Positions 12,371 through 23,300 of a stretch of DNA of 64,000 nucleotides are shown here, in pieces; the first letter of the stretch is position 1, and each line of letters begins with the position of its first letter. The notes beneath the pieces are model-generated. The model did not search any database and was not told where the DNA came from. It saw only the letters and a program-made list of their open reading frames with translations. A program made the position numbers and the translations under genes. This stretch comes from Nemertoderma westbladi. Its lineage: Eukaryota; Animalia; Xenacoelomorpha. The DNA lies in assembly GCA_032718475.1 (NCBI GenBank), contig JAUCBJ010007004.1, positions 1 to 64,000 of the forward strand. Direction: 5' to 3'.

Positions 12371-14674
12371 TATTTGTTATAACTACTGTACATTAGCAAC
12401 TCAAAACTATACTATAACGAACATTATAATATCAAAACTATTACGAAATTAAACAATAGAATTGGCTCCGATTTTTCAACTCTCTAAAAATAATGAAATT
12501 TTCACTAAAAATACTGAGATTTTCACTAAATCCAATGCCAAAAACACTAAAAATAATCTCATAACTAAATAATTCATTTATATATTATCAATAAAAATTA
12601 TTCCAAATCCACTAAATAATGATTTATTACTAAATATGATCGATTATCACTAACAATAAATATATTATCGCTAAAATTAAATTTTTATCACTATAACTAT
12701 TCACTATTGATTTAGTCACTAAATATTCAGGGTGTACGTACAGTAGGCTAATCACTATTTTAATATGAATAGGCGATTGGCTACTGTAGAATTAGGTCCC
12801 ACCAGAGCAAAAAGGATCAGGTTTGTAAAGGGGCGGAACAGAGAGGCAGCGTTCGGGGAACCAAATCAACAAACTAATTTTAACATGAAGGTTAGTATAC
12901 AGTAGAGTTACGACCTGAAAAGAGTTACTTTAAGATTGTAAGTTTAAAGGGTAGGCATACAAAGTCGTTAGGTCCTGCAGCATTAGGTCCATTTTCAGGG
13001 AAAGGATCAGGTTTCAGAGATGTATTATTCTAACCTAAACAATAAGCAAAAGTCAATAACACACATTACAATTTATTTTTGCTAGAAAACAGTTGTAAAT
13101 AAAAATAGAATTGCTACAAAATATAATACAAATACAATAACCTAACAATGCAGGATCTAATAACTAAAGTACAACCGCATTACCACTTATAGCAGAAGTG
13201 GGCCCTAATTCGAAAGGTAAGAGAAGGAAATGATTACTTAGTGGGAAATAAATACAAGAAATCAAAGCCAATCGAAGACAATAGAAATGACTAGAAAGAA
13301 ATAGAAATATAAGCGAATAGAAATAGTTACTAATCAACTACTCAATAGTTGTCAAGTTCGAAACATTGCTCCATTAATTATATTCTGATGGGTACTGTAG
13401 TGGATGAGGCTACTTACTATATAATTATAGGGCTATCAGTATTTTCCTTTTTATCTGATGCAAAGATTCCTTCACAAGCCAGTTTTATTCGTTCTGCAGT
13501 TGCTGGACTATCGAGACGAAAGATACGTTGTTCTCCTCGGTAAGCAGCTATAGCTTCTTTAATGGCGAAAAATACACACGAGCTCAATAGAAGTGGCGCC
13601 TCACCAATACCCCTGGCTGACAAGAACCCGGCGTTTTTTATGGATCCATCATTTAGTAACTTGACATTAAAAACCCTGGGAATGTCAACCACTGATGGAA
13701 TCTTGTAGTCACTCAACGATCTTGTAAATTTCTCCCCTGAGCGAGAACACCAGATTGCCTCAGTTGTATGTAAACCCAACCCTTGAATGAACGCGCCTTC
13801 TATTTGTCCAATATCAATAGCCGGATTCAAACTGTGTCCAACATCCATAACAATATCTGCTGCTATAAACTTAAATTCACCTGTACGACAATCAACTTCC
13901 ACTTCACAGACAGCAGCTCCTGATGTTTGATGGTCCACAACTCTTCCATCATCCAAAGCATTAGGATAATGACCAACAGCTGATAAAGGTATCCTTGCTA
14001 GGTATGCGGCTTTGACCCACGATACCCAGTCACCCTCCACATTTCCCTCTCTGAATGGCCTCAATCTTTCTTTAAGTATCAAACTTGCATGCAATAAAGC
14101 TTCCCCGGCTAATTCTGTACACCAACTTCCGGCTGAGAGAGTTGCATTCGGGGTTTTATCTGAAGCAGTGTCACCAACTCTTACAATACCCGCATCCACA
14201 TCTAATGTATCGCTTACAATCTGGATCATCTTAATGTGGAGACCTTGGCCCATTTCAACACCAAGGTGGTTAATAATAACAGACCCATCTGTATATATAC
14301 ACACCAGGCAACTTGATTGAGCCATGCTATGTGAAGCAAGTAAAGAAACACCTAAAGCTTTTACAAGGATATAAATTCCTCGTTTGATATATTGATTTTT
14401 TGAATTAAAAGCAGAAACTTCATTTTTCCTTTTATGGAAATTGCTTGCCTGAATACAACGTTCCCAACATATTTGTGCATTGAATTCATCGATAATCTTT
14501 CCATTGTGTAAGTGGAGTACATCACCTATCTTGTTAAAATTTATAGCTTGTACTTCATAAGGTGGGATATTGCAGGCAATGGATATATCCTGAATCCAAT
14601 TGTCGACAAACCAACTTCCTCCAATAACTGATATCCCCCTCATTGCTCCATTACTTGGCCAGTTGCTTTGGCAA

Positions 14675-15869
14675 TGTTCGCGCTTTTGAAGACCTTTAGC
14701 AGTTTAACCTGCCAAAATTTATATGTCTTTTAGTTAATTGAAACACCTTTAGCATACGACAATATTTTATGCTAATACACAAAACATTACCCGAAGTCAG
14801 CCCATGCGCGATCATTCACCCGATGGATCTACACCCGGGAGGCTGAATTCGGCTGCTTAAATTTTATTATTGCAGTGTAAGGTTGCAGTGTAAACCTACT
14901 GTATTATTCGATAGATCGTTAATAATTAATTTCTGACAGATATTATTGGCTTTCGGGAAATATTAACAGTTCCTTTAGGACGTGGCGCTCTATCTATTTA
15001 AACAGAACTAGGACTTATACTAAACGCAACGATACTGCTTATGATTAAAGTATAAAGCGCATTCTTTAGGAAATACTTTGTTACCAATCACAATCATGCA
15101 CACTATTCTGCCGACCGTCAGTATATTTGATCACATATAAAGAGAGCAGCAATTGACTCATGTAGGGTCTGCTAAATAACATTAGATTCAATACACACCA
15201 CATTAATATAAATCGCAATTGTTATATATAGCCTGTCTCTCTAACCTGTAGTGTATCAAGAAAATTGGGAAATTTGGGTGATTTATCCGTATTATCCAAA
15301 GAGCAATATTTCCATCAACAAATAGATACAATTAATAACTGACGGTAAATAACAGTACAAACAATATGATTAATAGTGAGTTAAGATTGATTAGTTAGGT
15401 GATTTAAGTTAGGTAACAGTTTATACTTTCGATAATTTAAGCAGTTTTACTAGAGTTCTTCCCAAAAAGCCGGTGTTATGGCGAAAATGGGAACACAACA
15501 ACAGAATCATATAAAATCACATGACTAGAATGACTATACGAGTATACCAACTACCCTTATTCCCCGAAGCTCCCGTCCAACACAGAGGATGAGCAGTGAG
15601 ATAGGAAATTCAGTTCAGTAGCTCTGGGATAGGTCGAAATCAACGCCCACTCAAATTCTATTGGCCGATACGGACAGCAAGGCTAAGGCAACCTCTCTAA
15701 GCTAGTTGGCCGATTAAACTGAGCCCAGATATCTCCGTACAGCACATCAGCCAATAAGCTGGTAGCTTGCACTATTTTAGTTATAAATCCCTTTGAGAGT
15801 ATTCTAGCGACTGGGGGGGAACTGGCCAGCAAAGGCAAACGTATCAGTTATCCCACAAAAGCTTTTACA
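14675..15869 (-). repeat. 3' LTR of the BEL/Pao element
   Basis: Matches 36143-37337; I saw three transitions between the copies. Confidence 0.96.
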
Positions 15870-15947
15870 CCGCTCCCAGAAAATGGGATTTAAGTCTATA
15901 AAATATACAAAATCACAGTTTCTAAAATATAAAAATACTCTAAACAG

Positions 15948-18900
15948 TTAGTCTTTCTTGCGCGGACGGCGTTTACGCAGTTTTTTAAAGCTAGCAAGAG
16001 TCCTTTTCTCTTTGGGGCGAGCCACTTTACGAGGAGGGCTATAACTCCTGGGTGAAGGGTGCAATATGATTGCATCAGAAGGTATGGGATTACGATCGGT
16101 ATATCCGCCGGTCGAAGTACCGGGTTGATTGACATCAACGTCCGGGGAGAGGGGTCTAACGGCTTTGAGAGCTCGTTTCAAGACAGCCGCTCTTACGGGT
16201 TCTTTACGAGTGGTCTGAACGAGGGCCGTGGGTGGACCATAGGCAGTTAGAAACTTCCTTGGTTTAATGGTTCTTTCCAACTCGCGTTCGCGGGCTCTGT
16301 ACTCGTAAGGCCGTCGATATACTTCTTGTAACTCGGGGTGTGAGTTGACAAATAAGTCTCCATAGGCCGGATCTTGACGGATAAAGTTTATTAAGTTGTA
16401 CGAATTGATGTCACTCGGATTAATGCTCCTGAGAAATTTGCGTACATATTTGGTTGAAATACATTCTCCAACACGCTTCAATAGTTCATAACTTGATAGG
16501 CGCGATTTCTGCTCGACGGAGGCAAACAAATAAGGATGGAACGCATAAACTCCTTCGTAAGCGCGTCCAGGATAATAGCGATGGCGTGAATCACAATGTA
16601 AATCAGCGTTCGCTTCCCAAGCTCTGATATAACGTAGTACAATCATTTCATCTACGCTCTCTAAATCATGGTTAAAGGGACAATCAAAGCTGGCGTGTCC
16701 TTTTAATTGACAATGATGGCATTGAGTCATAAATTGGGGGCAGACAGCAAAAATGTGCAAATTATTAAGCCGACAATATGCACAATAGATTTCCATCGAC
16801 GGTTGCTCGTGGAAGTAGGAACAAAGATCGTTGGTGTCCATAGACGTAATATGGTCTCTCGATGCGCACAGCCGACAACGTTGTCTAGAAACATAATTGG
16901 CATGGCGATAATCATACGCAGTAAGACACTGGGGACCTTGATACCATTCCAATATGTAGTCGCTATCGCTACTCCGAGACGTGGGGGGCTGAATCTCTTC
17001 AGATTCTAAACATATGGGTTCGTCTTCCCCTTGTATAGTTGAGGTAGGCGTGGCTGTCTCCTCAAGTGGACCTACCGTCTGAATTTCCACGACAGAATAA
17101 CCTGTGGGGATCCGAGGTCTTTGGATAACCGAGGAATGCAGGTTCATTATACAAATGTCTTTGAAAATAGCAAATCCAGCGCTATCTAACTTCTCCGCAG
17201 CCGAGTCTCTTAAGCTGAGCTTGGTCAAAGCGCGGTCTTTGAATTGGCTATCCATGTTGCGAAACGGGGTTAAAAACCGGCGGAAACATTCAAAGCGGAT
17301 GAATTTATTATGTTCATCTAGCTTAGCGAGTTTGGTCCCAAGGATTAATGGATGGGCGCGTATAGTACGACTGCACACATCGGCTAGCCAACCGGAAAGT
17401 GCGGTGTTTTCGAAGATCGTGTAGATAGCTAAGGAGGGGCGGAATGGAACACTCATGAAGCTATACACGGCGCCAGGTGCGGTCAACGGTCCGTCAAAGT
17501 ATAATCGAGAATAATGGTCTCCGTATACTTGTTGATAGTTGATGGGATTTCCGACCTTGAAATTCCACCCGTATTCCTGAAAGGCAAGATGTCCGATGGA
17601 AGTTCGTTGCACCTTTGTAATGTTGCTAGACGCATTAGCATACATGGTGCGAAAGAAACCTCGGCCTTCGGCCCAAGGAGCTATCAGCTGAGTATCCACG
17701 AAAGGATAGGGGATATTCTCCATATTCCGAAAGTCGTTTTGGAGATCTCCGTAAACAGTTGAGCCGATTTTAATGATTCTTTCGTTGAATAACATCTCGA
17801 GAACGGGCTGGGGTAACATTGATCCATCGATACCCATGGCCGGTTTGCGTTCGGTGTCAATGACGTAACGCTGCGCGAGTTCGAATTGTCCATGTCGGAG
17901 ATTCCTTTGCGTTTCGGTGAGAGTCTCAAAGGAATAATCGATCACGTCGGAACACGCTCGCGTAAACACGTGAGTGGAGCCAGCTAATCTGCGTATGTGT
18001 ATCATGCGCGTAGTTCCTAATTCTCCGATTGGAACGCTACCTTCGTTATCGTAAGTAACAACGCCATACATCTCAATGATATTAAGAGTTTCATTCCACT
18101 CTTTGGTGGCGTTCTCGAGGGTCATCCCTACCGGATGCCACAAGGTGGCGCATTGATTAGCGTCAGGGAGATCACTATACTTCATATATCGAGTGGTATA
18201 CGTCTCCACATTTCCATATCTTTGGATTTTCTCCTCCTCGAATAATACATCTAGATTCCAATGGACTAATCGAGTTTTAATAAATCCATCGAGATTATAA
18301 GGAGGTTCTGTATCCTTCTCTATTCGAGAAACGTTATATGGTTTTCGAAATGAGTTTACCTTTACTAATTGATCCAGATGTTTTTGCAATTGTTCGAGTT
18401 CGACAATGTCCAGAGGATTTATTAGTGGTAGAAACTTTAAATTATGCGTCGGATCTTCTGGTTTTACCATATAATATTGAGTCAGATTAACGTAATAAGG
18501 GTGATCTTTAATTCCATAAAAAGAGTTCTGTAAAGGTCTAGCGCGTATGTTGACATCGTGTACCATACGACGGACAAGATCCGCTCGATTGTCCGGAGGT
18601 TCAACGAGTATACCGTCAACTCGAGCGGCCTCGATTGGCGGACGCTGTAACATAGGAGCGTCAGCGATAAGATTTTGCGATCTTATGCTGATATCAAGCG
18701 GTTGGGGTTGTATCTTTGCGAAAAGTTTGTCTCTGAAATGCGGAACCATCGAGGGATGACGGACGGTTTTAGAGTAGAGATCGGTTATGAGTATCTGAGC
18801 TTCGGGTTGGGCTAAAGCGGCTTCTTCTCTCTCATCCATTTCCGTATGTTTCTCCTCTAGTTGATTTTCCTCCGCTTGTTTCTGTAAGCGTTCTTCTAGA

Positions 18901-20201
18901 AACTCCTGTAGAGAATACGTACGTCCAAGCTCGATGTCCTCTTCGAGGTTTTGGATTTCTCTATCAAACTGCGGCAAGGCTAGCTCTTTCACCGATTGGA
19001 CCTGCTGCTGTAATTTACGTTTCTCTAGAAAATCCTGGGTTCCCTTTCCGATTTTCTGTCGGATGGCGTCTAGAGCGTTTCTGATGACACTCTCCTCGAC
19101 TTCCGTGGCAGGTTGTATCGGAGTTAATCCTGGCCGATTGTAAGGATTAAATGGGGATGTTAGATGCCCGCGTCCCAATCCGGTTAGATAGGATGGTCGA
19201 ATATCTAACGAACCTACCGCTGGAACACCACCGATTAACTGCTCGGGTAACACCAAATCTTTGAACAGTGAATATAACTCGGGAGAATCAGTGATACTGT
19301 TAGGATCAAGAGTTTGAGGTCTCACGGGGAAATGGGGAGGCCTGACCGAGTATTCCGGAACTCTGATCATGGGTTTATTTAGCGATCGTTTTAGACGGGC
19401 GATCGTAGGTGATACGTCGAACAGGTTTCGCTCGAAACTCCCGTAAGTATAACGCGTAAAACTGTGTTTAGCACAACGTCTCCGCGGATGTTTATGTCTT
19501 TCCGTTTGCTGGTTAGGTCTAGGACATGAGTCACAATAATACCAAAGACGTACGTCCTGCAGAGGAAACGCGGGTGATCGTTCTCCAGTTTTGCAATACT
19601 CTTCCATTTGTTCAAAGCTGTCCGGGACAACAGGCAGTGGACGATCTGCGGTAAGATACATCATGGTGAAATAGAGTCGTTTGAGTTCTACCATGGGATC
19701 GTGATGTATACCTTGAGGATATCGAGTCTCTAGGTTCTGTTGACTGGCAATATTGAGATAGGTTTCTCGCAAAAATTCCAAGTAGTCGTTGAAGTTGATA
19801 CGCTTATCGGGTTCTTCAACGTTTTCTCTGTCGAGTAGGTTGCGAATAGAGTTCTCGTGTTCTATTCTCGGTTTATCATTACGATTCCGCTGGGCATGAT
19901 ATTTAAATAAAACCATTTCCCTTTCGGTGTCTACATCATCAGTATCATGTAAATCGGTAGGATGGCCGGTAGTTAAGAAGTCCATATACGTACCATTACG
20001 ATTCGTATAGCGAGCGGTGAATTTTCTATAGTCCAATTCACGCGTAAGTTGTTCTTGGGACATCGGCGGTTCGATATAACGACCATCGTCCTCCGTAATA
20101 GTCGGATCGGCTTCACCGCGTATCAAGCTATCCACAAACGCTTGTAAAGGTAGAGTATATCGCTCCCTGATACCAAGGTCATCTTCTATCAATTCCGTCA
20201 T
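15948..20201 (-). CDS. Accessory ORF3 of the BEL/Pao element (1417 aa): coiled coil, DEDDy/RNase D-like 3'-5' exonuclease, three CCHC knuckles, basic C-terminus
   Basis: The ORF is intact and lies between pol and the 3' LTR. Exonuclease motifs are VVTYDNEG (ExoI), LFNERIIKIG...YGDLQNDF (ExoII), FVDTQLIA, SIGHLAF..YG..FK and YTIFE (ExoIII-like). Knuckles are CRLC-x4-H, CAYC-x5-H-x4-C and CHHC-x4-H-x4-C. It ends KKLRKRRPRKKD. No signal peptide or TM segment seen, so it is not env-like. Confidence 0.8.
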   Translation of the reverse strand: MTELIEDDLGIRERYTLPLQAFVDSLIRGEADPTITEDDGRYIEPPMSQEQLTRELDYRKFTARYTNRNGTYMDFLTTGHPTDLHDTDDVDTEREMVLFKYHAQRNRNDKPRIEHENSIRNLLDRENVEEPDKRINFNDYLEFLRETYLNIASQQNLETRYPQGIHHDPMVELKRLYFTMMYLTADRPLPVVPDSFEQMEEYCKTGERSPAFPLQDVRLWYYCDSCPRPNQQTERHKHPRRRCAKHSFTRYTYGSFERNLFDVSPTIARLKRSLNKPMIRVPEYSVRPPHFPVRPQTLDPNSITDSPELYSLFKDLVLPEQLIGGVPAVGSLDIRPSYLTGLGRGHLTSPFNPYNRPGLTPIQPATEVEESVIRNALDAIRQKIGKGTQDFLEKRKLQQQVQSVKELALPQFDREIQNLEEDIELGRTYSLQEFLEERLQKQAEENQLEEKHTEMDEREEAALAQPEAQILITDLYSKTVRHPSMVPHFRDKLFAKIQPQPLDISIRSQNLIADAPMLQRPPIEAARVDGILVEPPDNRADLVRRMVHDVNIRARPLQNSFYGIKDHPYYVNLTQYYMVKPEDPTHNLKFLPLINPLDIVELEQLQKHLDQLVKVNSFRKPYNVSRIEKDTEPPYNLDGFIKTRLVHWNLDVLFEEEKIQRYGNVETYTTRYMKYSDLPDANQCATLWHPVGMTLENATKEWNETLNIIEMYGVVTYDNEGSVPIGELGTTRMIHIRRLAGSTHVFTRACSDVIDYSFETLTETQRNLRHGQFELAQRYVIDTERKPAMGIDGSMLPQPVLEMLFNERIIKIGSTVYGDLQNDFRNMENIPYPFVDTQLIAPWAEGRGFFRTMYANASSNITKVQRTSIGHLAFQEYGWNFKVGNPINYQQVYGDHYSRLYFDGPLTAPGAVYSFMSVPFRPSLAIYTIFENTALSGWLADVCSRTIRAHPLILGTKLAKLDEHNKFIRFECFRRFLTPFRNMDSQFKDRALTKLSLRDSAAEKLDSAGFAIFKDICIMNLHSSVIQRPRIPTGYSVVEIQTVGPLEETATPTSTIQGEDEPICLESEEIQPPTSRSSDSDYILEWYQGPQCLTAYDYRHANYVSRQRCRLCASRDHITSMDTNDLCSYFHEQPSMEIYCAYCRLNNLHIFAVCPQFMTQCHHCQLKGHASFDCPFNHDLESVDEMIVLRYIRAWEANADLHCDSRHRYYPGRAYEGVYAFHPYLFASVEQKSRLSSYELLKRVGECISTKYVRKFLRSINPSDINSYNLINFIRQDPAYGDLFVNSHPELQEVYRRPYEYRARERELERTIKPRKFLTAYGPPTALVQTTRKEPVRAAVLKRALKAVRPLSPDVDVNQPGTSTGGYTDRNPIPSDAIILHPSPRSYSPPRKVARPKEKRTLASFKKLRKRRPRKKD

Positions 20202-20244
20202 ATCTGCTATCTGAGTTTATTAATATCAATATGAGTTAATTTTT

Positions 20245-20398
20245 TAGGCAAGCGGGCGTCGCTGCCTACTAGGCTTTTGCCCCCGGACAGTGGGTTTCTC
20301 AGCGCCGATGTACCGCTGTCGCAGTGTTTACGCCAACATGTAGCAACAGCACGACAACGATAACCGGCACAAGTCCCACCACTGTCCGTCCCAAAGGC
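20245..20398 (-). other. Structured RNA element: a ~125-nt extended hairpin plus a 24-nt hairpin upstream of ORF3
   Basis: On -, the pairings are CGGACAGUGG/CCACUGUCCG, GUGCCGG/UCGGCGC and UAUCGUUGUCGU/GCGACAGCGGUA, with many G-U pairs. A second stem UAGGCAGCG/CGCUUGCCUA follows. Confidence 0.7.
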
Positions 20399-23300
20399 TT
20401 GAATCCACTTGAGGTTATCTCGGTAGAGTTAGGGCTATTTTACAATTGCGATTAGCTACTGTAAACACACTTTAGTAGTAACATTCACCTATAAACGCAC
20501 AAATTCCATACAATCATTACTTACTGCACACATGCATGCCATTTGTCCGTTAGTCAGTGTCTTCCAGAATGTCACGTTATTACTATGTATCCTTGGATAC
20601 TAATAGTGCTCTATGTATACTCTTATGCTACGCAATGGGGCAAGCTTTTATTGTTCTTTTAACTTGCTTCTAATTCTAGCGTGGGTGTTGCCATGGTGAC
20701 ATTATGGAAAACTAGCGGTAGAATTAGGGTAATTCTCATGCATACAGATCTGGGATGTTATTTAATAGTAATTCTTTAGTTGTCAATATCCTCTTTATGC
20801 ATGATTTTATAAATTTTATCGGCTATTGACTATATGTTGGAGATTCTCGCACTCTAATACACTCAATATGAATCTCCGCTCCCATGATCTATTAATTACT
20901 GGAATTTTGGGAATGTTATAAATTGCACAAAATGACAATTTATGAAATCCATTTGAATATGAATTTAAATTTATTCCCGTGAATTTTATTATTTGATGTT
21001 AAATTGATACAAATTTTATTCCAGAGCATATCTGGGGACTTAGGATCCTTAATTCTATAAAATAGTCCTTCTAAGAATATGGGTAAATACTGCGATATCT
21101 TAATTGACTAGAAATTTTAAAGGATCTGGATTTTACAGATTTTAATAAATATTAAATTAATATTTAGGATGGGCACCGATTTATTCCAGAACTTGTCTGG
21201 GGACGTTAACCACTGATTCTAGAATTTGTCTTTCAAGTATATCGGTGGGTGCCACGATATCTTAATCGACTAGAATTACAGATGGTCAAAAAATTTAACA
21301 GATTTGTTTGCGATTTACGCTACTGTTAGAGGGACATCACGCTACTATATGTATTATTTGTTATAAGGTAGAAGAGCAATATCGCACGAAGCAATGTCAG
21401 TGCGAAGAGGCAAGTCGTTTCCAAGGTCTACCCAGAGCTTGGTTTAGCCGAGACACGAGGATCTGAACTTTGCATTCCTAATACTCTGCCTACCAATAAT
21501 ACTTAAATATAGTAGTGGCTTTATTGTACTTTAAAAAGTACGGACATTTCATCTTACTGTAGTCACGTATTTATAATATGATACGGACAGTAAGGGAAGA
21601 GAAAAATAATTATTTCTCGCCGTCGCACTAAATATATATTATAGTAATTATGTACGTAATAAACACTAATATATTGCACTAATCTACTAAATAATCCCTA
21701 AAATAACATTTTACTAAATAAAATTAAATAAAAACGATTATAATAACGTACATAATAACATTTACATATAAAATGTAATAAAAACAGATAAAATAATATA
21801 GACATACACCCACTCCAGACGTACTACGTTGAAGAGTCCCTAGATGTTTGAGGTATTAGGGAGGTGGTCGTGGGAAGGGTTTCTTGCCTTCCATAGTTTC
21901 CGGAGAGTTCCCTGTCTCTTTCCAGCAAACATAAACGACCAACTGGGCGATTGAGTTGTTGCGTCTCAAAGATTATCCCGGGTTTCTTGAAGTTACGCCG
22001 CATTACGACGAGTTCTACTGAGCGCACTAGACCATCCTCCGAGATGTGCGTCTCGATGATACGACCGATCTGCCACCGTCTACGTGGAAGGTCCGGATCT
22101 ACAATAAGGACCATGTCTCCGGCGCTGACATTTTCCTGCTGCGCAAACCACTTAGTTCGAAGTTGTAGTGTGGGCAGATAATGTTTCTCAAAATGGTCAG
22201 CGAAACGACGGGATAGCAACTGCATAAGCTGCCAAGTTCGACGACAGTATTCATCTCCATCGGCAATCTCGGATTGTGGGAGCATGGCTACAGGTTTCTT
22301 AAGTAGGAAGTGCGCGGGTGTTAGCGCTTCCAGGGAGTCGAGACTCGATGAGACTGGCATAAGCGGTCTCTCGTTAAGATAGGCAGCGATTTCTTCCATT
22401 AACGTCCGTAGAAGTTCGTCGGTGAGATATGCGCGGCACGGCACTATAAAGTGAAATGCGGTCTTGACACTTCGAATTAATCTCTCCCAACTTCCTCCCC
22501 ACCAAGGGGCGTCGGCGGCGTTAAAGGTCCAGCTAGACGCCGTTATCCGTAGCTGGTCGTCCACCTGTCTTTGATTCCAGTCCTTTACGTAAGCCTGAAT
22601 TTCGTTGTTGGCACCAATGAAGTTCGTTCCCTTATCGGATCTCATCGTATTGCTAGTGCCGAAACGAGCGATCTGTCGTCGTAAACATAAGACGAAGCTG
22701 TTAGTAGATAGATCGTTCACCATATCGAGATGGATAGCTCTACAAGTCATGCAGACAAAGATTACACACCATCTCTTGATTATAGTTCTAGCACGATACA
22801 CTTCAATAGGGCCAAATAAATCCACACCAGTATTAGTAAAGGGTGGTTCATAAAAGCTTACTCGTTCCCTAGGTAATTCTGCCTCTCGCTGTGTTAAAGG
22901 CCTACTGAATACTTTCCTACAAGGTATGCAGTTCCTAAGAACTTGATTCAGAGCTCTACGCGGTTTATGAAAATAATAGCGGGTTCGAATTTCGCTAAGA
23001 ACTCGTTCTCTACCAGCATGATACAGTTTACTGTGAACATCTACAATCATCTTGATTTGTACTTCAAGATTACTAATGAGTATAGGGAATTTAGTATCAA
23101 AGGATAATGGGGCGTTTGTAAGCCTTCCTCCAACACGTATTAACCCATCTATCATTGTGCTAGAGAAGCGATCCCTTAAGCGCATCTGCGGATTTCTTAA
23201 TAGCAGAAAATACCTATCGGAATCCTCATAGCATTGTAGGAGTCTCAGTAGCTGCTTATTAGTTTCTTCATGCTCCTGGTAGCTGATCTTCTCCTTTAGA

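Noticed and set aside
12490-12740. CACTAAA-rich degenerate array ending in CAGGGTGTA
   Set aside because: It looks like one end of a DNA transposon, but no matching opposite terminus was found.
15948-20201. ORF3 as an envelope gene
   Set aside because: No signal peptide, TM anchor or glycoprotein-like Cys pattern was seen; the motifs fit an exonuclease plus Zn knuckles.
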